A DNA stretch of 64,000 bases from Spizellomyces punctatus DAOM BR117 (lineage: Eukaryota), in NCBI GenBank assembly GCA_000182565.2, contig KQ257457.1; one strand, given 5' to 3'. The notes under the pieces are model-generated. The model was not told where the DNA came from. It made no database searches and saw nothing but the letters and a program-made list of their open reading frames with translations. Positions within the stretch are counted from its first letter, which is position 1. The number at the start of each line of letters is the position of its first letter. A program made the translations under genes and the position numbers. Positions 54,401-64,000 of the stretch are shown one piece after another.

Positions 54401-56359
54401 ATGGAGATGTGCGGTTGGAGACAAGTACGCCGGATTCCTCTCAGAAACATCTTCCTATGCCCACCTTTTGCTAGATCACTGGCAACAACATCCCCCAATC
54501 CAAATACTTATGATGCCATTATTGTAGGAGGTATGAATAACTTTATGTCTGGCTGGCGCTGAGAGCAAGTTGAATTGAATCCCCGGACCTTTTATATACA
54601 TCTGCCATTCCTTCAGGCGGACATAATGGACTTGTTTCGGCCGCATACCTCGCCAAAAATGGTTTGCGTCCTCTGGTCCTTGAACGTCGGCCTGTGATTG
54701 GAGGTGCAGCGGTTACAGAAGAGATTTATCCTGGATATCGTGTATCGCGTGCTTCCTATCTTCTTAGTCTTCTCCGACCGCACATTATCTCAGATCTGGA
54801 CCTGCATCGACACGGTCTCAAGATCCACACACGGCATACATCTTCATTTACTCCGCTCAGAGATGGTAGATATCTCCTTCTGGGAATGAACAGTGAGGAG
54901 AATAAGTTGGAAATCAGCAAGTTTTCCACTAAAGATGCAGAGGCCTACGATGCGTATGAGAAGTGGTTAGAGACCTTCGCCAAAGGAATAGAGGCACTGC
55001 TGGATGCCCCTCCCGCTGATTTGAAAGAGATTATGCAGGGAGGTGCTAGCTCGCTGCCGAAAGCTTGGAAAGCTGCAAAACCCTTCTACGAGATGTCCCG
55101 CGCAATGGGCATCAAGAATCTACCAGAGTTTTACGAGTTACTGACGGCGCCTGCCAGCAAGCTGTTGGGTAGATGGTTTGAGGTATTGACGATGCATTCT
55201 CATACTTACTGAGCAGCACCCATGATATGAACAGCCTACCTTTTTAGTCTGAACCTCTCATGTCAACATTGGGCACCGATGCAGTGATCGGTGCGTGGAT
55301 GAGTCCTTCAACACCAGGGTCGTCGTACGTTCTACTTCATCATGTTATGGGCGGTGTCAATGGTATCAAAGGGGCATGGGGAGTTGTGGAGGGTGGAATG
55401 GGCGCGGTCTCAGAATCTATCGCACGGGCTGCTAAAGAGGCTGGTGCCGACATTCGAACAAGTGCGCCAGTTGAACGGATTCTCGTATCGGAAGCAGAAG
55501 GTAAAGCGGTTGGTGTGAGACTACGGAACGGAGAAGAGATACGTGCACCCATCGTACTATCCAATGCAACCCCAAAAGTCACATTTTTGGACTTGCTGCC
55601 GGAAAATGCATTACCACACGAGTTTCTCAATCAAGTTCGATCGATTTCCTACGCGTCTGGAACCACCAAAATCAATGTGGCTCTCGATGCTCTACCTTCA
55701 TTCTCCTGCCTTCCAAACGACCCCAGCAACCCAGATAGGCCACTCCCGCATCATCAAGGTACTATACATCTGGGATGCGAATCTATCGCCGATCTTGACG
55801 CAGCATACAAGGACGCCCAAGCGGGCTACCCATCCAAGTTGCCATTAATAGAAATGACGATTCCATCTGCACTGGACCAAACCTTAACACCTGAGGGTAA
55901 ACACGTTGCAACCATGTTTATACAATATGCTCCGTATGAGTGGTTTGCATGTCCGGAAAAGGGGGAAAAGAGGAAGAAGGAATTTGCAAAACAAGTCTTT
56001 CAGGTCGTCGAGGCGTACGCCCCAGGCTTCACGCAGTCAATTTTGGCCGCCGACGTCTTGACCCCGCCAGATTTGGAAAGAGTATTCGGCGTTACAGGAG
56101 GCAACAGTGAGTACTTTGTAAATGTATGTGTAATGGACCTCGCAATCGATCTTGAACGGTCGCTTCTTTTTGATCAGTTTTCCACGGGGCATTGACGCTG
56201 GACCAGCTTTACTGGGCTCGCCCGACTGTTGGTGCATCAGGATACAAAACGCCTGTAAAGAATCTATTTCTGTGTGGATCAGGCGCTCATCCAGGCGGGG
56301 GTGTAACTGGGTCTCCTGGAAGGAATGCTGCGTTGCTGGTGTTGGAAAGCGCTGTGTAA
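54401..56359 (+). CDS. Pyridine nucleotide-disulfide oxidoreductase domain protein 2-like (PYROXD2; CrtI-superfamily FAD oxidoreductase), 4 exons
   Basis: Presequence; YDAIIVGG|GHNGLVSAAYLA; IGGAAVTEE; SRASYLLSLLRP; TDAVIG; YVLLHHVMG; LTPPDLER; GSGAHPGGGVTG. Confidence 0.9.
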
Positions 56360-56494
56360 TCGCCACTTGTGCTAATATGACTGCGCCATCGACGTGTTAA
56401 TCGAACGATGTCCCCCACGGCAAATCTTTCCAACAATTACGAATATCCTAATACTTGCAACTGGGTCTGAACTTTCAGCAGTTGCACCTTCACA

Positions 56495-57723
56495 ATGTCT
56501 CTAGCAACGCTCCCAACAAAAACTTCATATCCAATCACAACCCCTTCGTCTCCGCCACCAGTTCCAGATAACTGGCCGCGATGCCTTTACAATGAGGAGC
56601 AGATTGCGCAATTGGATCAGCTAAAGGAGCTGGTACCACCACTGCTGACAACTGGAGACGAGCGTACGGAAGAGGAGGCATGGTGTGATGATGCTTGTTT
56701 ACTAAGGTACCTGAGAGCGACCAAGTGGAATGTACCCGCGGCAGGTAGGAATTGAATCGTGCGCATTGTGGGCAAGTCACAAAAGCTTGACTGATCACTT
56801 TTGGCTTTGCAGCGAAAAGGTTAGAGAATACCCTCATCTGGCGACGCGAGTACAAGCCGCATAAGATTGATCCTGCGGAAGTAGAGGAAGAGGCGAAAAT
56901 GGGAAAGCAGATTGTTTCTGGTCAGTCAACGCGGTTCTGCGGGCGCCATCATTTCATGTGACATAGGCTCTAACCGACGGATATTGATTGGGATTTGTAG
57001 GATTTGACCTGCAAGGAAGGCCGTTGAGTATGTCTTTTGTGCTTCGGTAGAATCTTGGGATGATGGAAATTTATACATCTTATAATAGTCTACATGATTC
57101 CGCGAAAGGAGCACACAAAGACCTACGACCGGCAACTTCGCTTTGTCGTCTTCAACCTTGAGAGAGCAATACGGTAGTGCTTTCATTTTTGCGTTGCAAA
57201 TTTTTTGTTGCACGTAGCTAATCACTCGGAGTAGTGCCATGCCGCCAGGAGTAGAGTCTTTGAACCTCGTAATTGACTACGAAGGAGTGTCCGTACGCAC
57301 ATCGCCTCCGTCCTCTCAAGCCAAGAAAGTATTGGCCATTCTTGGGGATCATTATCCCGAGCGATTGGGAATGGGCTTTATGATAAATCCCAGCTGGTAC
57401 CTCTGGGTTTTCTTCAAGGTGCGACTCGTGTAGCATACCCCGCTGACTTTAGCATCGTTTCTTACCATTCTCTTTTCTTCCAGATCATCGGCCCATTCCT
57501 CGATCCAATCACCCGCTCCAAAATTCACTTTGTTAACCTTAAGAAGCAAGCCGATTTTAATACTAACACTAATGAAGGGGAATCAGGGAAAGAAGTCGAA
57601 GGAATGGGAGGATGGACGAACATCCGTTATTACATTGGACCTGACCAGTTACTCAAGGAGTATGGGGGTGAAGTAGAGTATGAACATGTTCACGATATCT
57701 ACTGGAAAGCAATTACAGCGTGA
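56495..57723 (+). CDS. CRAL-TRIO/Sec14-like lipid-transfer protein (Pdr16/Pdr17-like), multi-exon with a 27-nt exon
   Basis: DACLLRYLRATKW, RLENTLIWRREY, GFDLQGRPLIYM, HYPERLG, PFLDPITRSKIHF, QLLKEYGG. Confidence 0.9.
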
Positions 57724-57900
57724 TCGATCTTCGACGTAGACGGGAAGTATATGGGAGACAACATAAACTTTAGGACAGAGCTTTTAGATATTATTTACAG
57801 AGAAGGACGAATACAAAAGAATTTATTCTTTAAATGCCTTTGGGTCCGTCTGTTTCCTTTTCCCCTACATAAGGACCAGTTTCACGACAACAATTTCTTA

Positions 57901-58388
57901 TTATTGATTGTGCGGATTTTGCAGGACAATCAGAATATACTCTTTATCTAAAAAAGCCAAAATATATATGAAACTCCAGACCTTCGCGACCTAAAAAGGT
58001 GGTGACATTACCAGGTGCGACCATAATTTCATGCTTCTTTGACCGTATTCTGAGGAAACTCAAATCATTCTGCTCCAAGCAACGTAATAAGCACAAATCC
58101 AGATCCCGCTATAACCATTATGAATATCTCTCGTACCTGCGGATCTAAATCTCTCACGACGCTCCTAGCCTTTGCTGTCAACTGCGTTATCAGAGCAGCA
58201 TACTGAACTGTCTTGTCATTGTCCAAAGTTGTTCGAATTGGGATGCCTTCCATATTGACAATGACGATACCCTCGACTCCCTTGTGAGAGGAAAGGCGCT
58301 TGATAGTTTCTTCCACTTCGGACTAGTTGTTTGAAGCTTGAACGAAAGGCAGCGCTCAACTACTTTCACGAAACGCGGGACGTACCAT
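57901..58388 (-). CDS. DYNLRB: Dynein light chain, roadblock/LC7 type (4 exons; first coding exon is the ATG only)
   Basis: [35 protein letters not shown]...[40 protein letters not shown]. Confidence 0.93.
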
Positions 58389-59068
58389 TGCTGATGTCAA
58401 AGGATGGGAGCTGAGCAGAGAATGCGAGACAGTAAATTATGCAAAGCTTTTGTGCTTGCTTATTAGCTCGTAGGTAAATGGGGTAGGTCTATCTTTGGCA
58501 AAAAGGAAAACTCTGATTGCAATGATTCGTTGGCAGCGGACGCTGCGTCGGAGTCGCGAGGAGTCGCGATTGTTCATCCTTGGGACGAATCACGTGCGTG
58601 GCGGAAGCTTGTGTGTCAGCGGCTTCCCGTCGTCGTAAAGCCAGTACAAACGTACTGAACGTGAGCCGCTTGAAAAGAAATATTAAATAGCGATGGATGC
58701 TGCACATCGCATGAGCCGCCAGCTTATCGGCTCATGCTTTGCAAAAAGCCAAGAAAGTGCAAATAGCGATATCCCACTTGTCATTGGGTTGGCATCAAAT
58801 GAAAAGAAAGCAGACATTTCTCCACATTTCTTCAATGTTACTGACTAAACGGCAGGAAAGATAGATCCTGGCCAGTGAGCAGCATTTGTGCAAGAGATCA
58901 TCGTCGAGGTTTGCCTTCGCCGTCCTTGAAGCAAGTTGAGCTGAAATCTGTTGGGTCATCTGGACCTATTGGAAAATCGATTACCAAGTCGCTGGCTCAG
59001 AATTATTTCTTTTTTACACTGCGCGTTTGCAAAGAGATTGCGCTTGCCTGCTTCAACAGTTTACACTA

Positions 59069-61484
59069 ATGAGCAACTTGAAGCGCCCGTGGGAAGACGA
59101 AGTCGCCACTCAAGAAGCGACAGCTTCAGTGTCGGATTCCAGCGTAAAGAGGCCACGACCTGAAGCTACTTCCGACGACGCTGAGGTGCAGACCAACGAG
59201 AAGGTAGAAAGCAGCGAGCCATCCGCTGAACCGATGGTTCACCTACAGAAGACGGCAACCGAGTTGTCTGAAGACGCTCCTCCCAGCACACTCTCAAGCC
59301 AACTGTCATCTGAATCAGGTGATGCGGAGGCGCTCTCCCAAGATGCAGAGGCCGCCGAAAATGCAGATCAGCCAATGAGCCGCATGAAAGTCGACAATCT
59401 TCCCAACTTTTGCAGCAGAAAAGACATTCAAAAGTTTTGCAAGGCGAATGATGTGATCGTCCATCAGTTGAAGAAGGCCCCAAAATGGAACTATTGTTTC
59501 TTGGGGTTTAAGGTATGAGGAATGTCACTACGTAAATGTTGGACGTGTTTAAATTCATCTGGATATCGTCGACTTTTTGAAGACACAAGAACAGAGAAAG
59601 GACGCTTTGGAAAAGCTGAGAGGAAAGACGATCAAGGACAATGTCGTTCAAGTCTCAGAGGTTGAAGCAGTCGAGGTACGCCCATCAAACACTACTTTGT
59701 GTTGTGCGCGGGTAACCCATCTCACGCCTTGTTGTCGCAGCGACAAGGCACGGCACGCATGCAAGGAAAGGCACAGAAGGATGTGGTGGCAGAGAGCGCA
59801 ACAGATACTCGCACTGCAGATGAGCAGCTGGCGGATCAAGTCACCCCGCTTTGGAGGTAAACTATTTCATGTCGTCCTTCCCAGCCACCGGAAGCTGAAA
59901 GTCCAGCACACAGAAAACCTTACGAAGAGCAACTCAAAAATAAGCGTACTGTCCTTAGACAGGCACTTTACAAATTCAAAAAGGAGATGTTCAAGTATTT
60001 CCCGAAAGAGTACATTCGAAACAGGTTTCCGGCCCCGACAACAACTGTCGTCACAAAAGACATGACGCCTGAAGAGAGAGCTATTGTTCAATTAGCTTGG
60101 TTTATGCCAGCGCTCAAGGCAAATGATGACATTCCATGTCCATTGTCCGACCCCCTTCCATCGCCAGTCGTGAACGGATACCGCAACAAATGCGAATTTA
60201 CTTTTGGATGGAATTTGAAGAGAGAGAAGGTTGTTGGATTCCTTTTGGGTCTTTACAAAGAGGGTATTGTCAATGTGTTGGAACCAACAAATACCCTGAA
60301 TGTATCACCAGCTGCGGTAAAGATCGCAGCGACGCTTCAAACGTTTCTACGGGCATCTGACCTCGACCTCTACGATCGAATCAACAAGAAAGGATTTTGG
60401 CGTATGGCTTTGGTGCGTACGCACCGGACCAACGAGTCCATGATCGTCGTTCAATACAGCCCATCCGACGTCAGTGTAGACAAGATTCAAGCAGCTAAGG
60501 ATGCCCTTAAATCCCATTTCCAGCGCGCCATGGCTGATGGTGAGATTGCTGTCACCACTTTACTGGTGCAAGGTTGGGACGGCGTATTCAACGGTATGAC
60601 AGACAAGAGCCCCTTGGAGATTCTCTATGGATCCGGCTACGTCCACGAGACTTTGTTGGGTATCAACTTTAGAATTTCGCCTAGCGCGTTTTTTCAGGTG
60701 AATACGGAGGCTACGGAGGTGCTGTACTCGACCGTGAAGGATTGGTGTGCTTTGGATGAAGTTGAACGGGAAAGAAAAGAAGCAGCGGACGAGGATAGTG
60801 GGAAGACCAAGTGCGAGGAAGCTCAAACGAAGATGGAAGAGACAGTTCCAGCGGAGACAAATGGAAGCGTGGCTGCTTCCACTGATCCGGCCAATATCTC
60901 CTCCGAAGCGCCTGTAACTCCACACCCGAAAGATCTCTCTCCTCCTGGCACAGTCCTCCTGGATCTCTGCTGCGGCACAGGTACAATCGGACTGACCATG
61001 ACATCGCAGGTCAAAAAAGTCGTTGGGGTTGACATTATTAAAGACGCCATTGAGGACGCCGAATACAATGCAAAGCTGAATAATGCAACCAACGTATTTT
61101 ATTATGCCGACAAGGTTGAAAATGCTATCAGAACAATTTTTGCGGAGCACGTTGGGAGCCGAGATGATGTTGTTGCAGTTTTGGATCCACCGAGGAATGG
61201 TGTGCACGCGGATGTGATAAAGGCTGTAAGGGCATGTGAGGGAGTCCGACGGGTGGTGTATGTGAGTTGTGATGCAGAACAGGCTTGTGGAAACTTTGTT
61301 GAGTAAGTGTCATTCTTTCTTTTGCTGGTTTCGAAACGTATCCTAATGGCTTGCTCATCATAGCCTATGTCGCCCGACATCGAACAAGTATCGTGGCCTA
61401 CCATTCAAGCCGATTCGTGCGCAGCCTGTAGATTTGTTTCCACATACCAAGCACTGCGAATTAATTTTGGAGTTCCGGCGGTGA
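59069..61484 (+). CDS. TRM2: tRNA m5U54 methyltransferase (Trm2/TRMT2A-like, with RRM-like region), multi-exon
   Basis: LADQVTPLW, YRNKCEFTFG, FRISPSAFFQVNT, LDLCCGTGTIG, VLDPPRNG, VYVSC, PVDLFPHTKHCE. Confidence 0.92.
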
Positions 61485-61628
61485 AGAGACTGGATAGAAT
61501 ATTGATAGATTGCAAGATAGTGTAGTTATTCTTGAGCATTTATTTATACAGTTGCCTGACAGGTGTCTACATGTATATACAACCGGCTTAAGTGATGATG
61601 TAGAACTACAAGCATCTCTGTGAACCGG

Positions 61629-62341
<713 letters not shown>

Positions 62342-62492
62342 TTTGTTGTCACTGAACTACGAGCAAAATCGAGAGTCCGCAGGTAATTGGGATTCTGCTG
62401 GCTGTGCCATCGGCGTGATTTGATGAGCGTTTGCGTTTTTGTGTGTCGGAGAGTGCTGGCACACTTTTGCATCCACAAGACCTTTTTGTACA

Positions 62493-63675
62493 ATGTACGG
62501 GCCACAGTTACCGCCGTCCCGTAGGGAAAGCTCCCCAGAAGAAGCAGATATTGGACCAAAATCACCACCCTCACCCTCACCCTCACCCGAAATCGGCCCG
62601 TCGCGTCCACACATCACAGCAACCCCACCAGAACAGGAAGCTACAGCAAACGATGGCACCAATTCGAGCAGCGAAGAGGATACCTTTGGTCCGTCTCTTC
62701 CTCCCCGCCTCCTCGCTGCACGTCAAAAACAACGGCAAGGGGCATCTCCCCCAGCACGACGAAAACTCGTTGCGGGTCCAGCAGCTCCTCCTCCTCCAGG
62801 ATTTTTACAGCATGCAGAAGTAGATAGTGACGATGAGGTGGGACCCAAACCTGCTCCGAGGAATGGGGAAGACGAGGTTTGTGGAAATATTACATAATGA
62901 TGTTGTCCACCGTGATGTTGATACGAAGTATATGTCTAGTTAGACGATCTACAAAGTCGAATAGCAGAATTTGAGGAACGAGAGCGGCGAGCCAAGGAGG
63001 AAGCGGAGAATGCATCCCGTCCCGAGAAGATCGTGAGAGGAGATTGGATGCTGGTACCGCCAGAAGCGAATAGGCTACCAATAGGTGAGAAAGCATTAGT
63101 CTCTGTTCTCTCTGACTGGACAGTACCTAATGCTCCAAAATTGTAGCAATGGGGTCAATGAAATCACGCCAATTCAGCAAGTCGTCTACTGAGAAGGATA
63201 TTGATCAATCTGGATGGACGGAGACACCGCAGGATAGAGAAAAGAATGCTGGCCAAAAGGTAGTTTGCAGTATTATTCAGCCCATGTCGGTAATGAAGGC
63301 GTAATGTATATTATCCTCAGCGTAAGCGACCACCTAAAGACGAACCCAGACCACCAACCGAAGAAGAGCTCCGAACTCGAGAATTTGTTAAAAGACACAC
63401 TGTGAGTACCAATTACACATCCATCTGTATTATCATATCTCACAACAGTGATATAACAGGAAAAACACCGTGGAAAGGCATTAATGGACCAACATATGTC
63501 AACATACATTCGCAACGGACGACTGGACGAGGAAGACGTTAGCAAACGCAAGTTTGACAGGGAGCAGGATATGGGGGGCTCGCGGCGCATTGATGCAAAG
63601 TCTAGACAGGAGATGCTGGATCAAGCAAGAAAATTGGATTCAAAGTTTGGACATGGAAGGAAAACATTTTTGTAA
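62493..63675 (+). CDS. GPALPP-motif protein (GPALPP1/DUF3752-like), multi-exon
   Basis: Repeated GPQLPP/GPSLPP/GPKP motifs, REDWMLVPP, WTETP, RGKALMDQH, FDREQDM, LDSKFGHG. Confidence 0.85.
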
Positions 63676-64000
63676 AATGCGGCAGGCAATGCAAGTAATT
63701 GTAAATAGGAAATGATAGGTTTGGGATCTGAACCGATTGACAGATTTCTTCACAATGTCCAAGAACCACTGTCGTCTAATGTCCTTCATCCGAACCACGT
63801 CACCAGTCTCCATAACCATCAAACGTCGTCCAAAATTGGTTCCTCGGATTGGTATCTGTCGCCAACCTAAGCTTGTTCCTTATCGACTGTACGACATGCA
63901 CGTCACCTCTTGCTAATTCTGTATAATGATTTTTGCCAACTAGCTCAGCTTATCAGATAGCGACGATCGGAAACAGCACTGTTTGCAAGCGTGTTTTGGG

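Noticed and set aside
54401-56359. Phytoene desaturase or carotenoid cluster
   Set aside because: Motifs match the PYROXD2 subfamily and no phytoene synthase or cyclase lies nearby.

Overview
Gene-dense, intron-rich eukaryotic DNA with short GT-AG introns and two N gaps. The gene set is fungal: fused HIS7, a Kin4/Ppk1-type kinase, Vps17, a hybrid histidine kinase and a Kre9-like GPI protein. It also has a PPIL6-like (flagellar-type) cyclophilin and animal-like GT14, TRMT2A and roadblock genes, which points to a zoosporic early-diverging fungus (chytrid-like; inference). I hand-assembled about 26 spliced genes and found 2 tRNA genes, Lys(TTT) and Arg(CCG). Highlights: (1) a membrane MHYT-sensor hybrid histidine kinase whose receiver exon is scrambled by seven +1 homopolymer insertions; (2) directly upstream, a secreted alkaline phosphatase with an extra N-terminal domain and a predicted GPI signal, behind a cluster of Pho4-type CACGT(G/T) boxes; (3) an orphan 7-TM receptor-like protein; (4) a SAP+SAM+WH2-like protein; (5) an unexplained 22.6-23.9 kb island with pentamer repeats, hairpins and an HExxH remnant; (6) alternating C-rich and G/T-rich blocks inside coding sequences. 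No CRISPR array, rRNA or intact transposon was seen. Exon boundaries were read by eye and no database searches were run.
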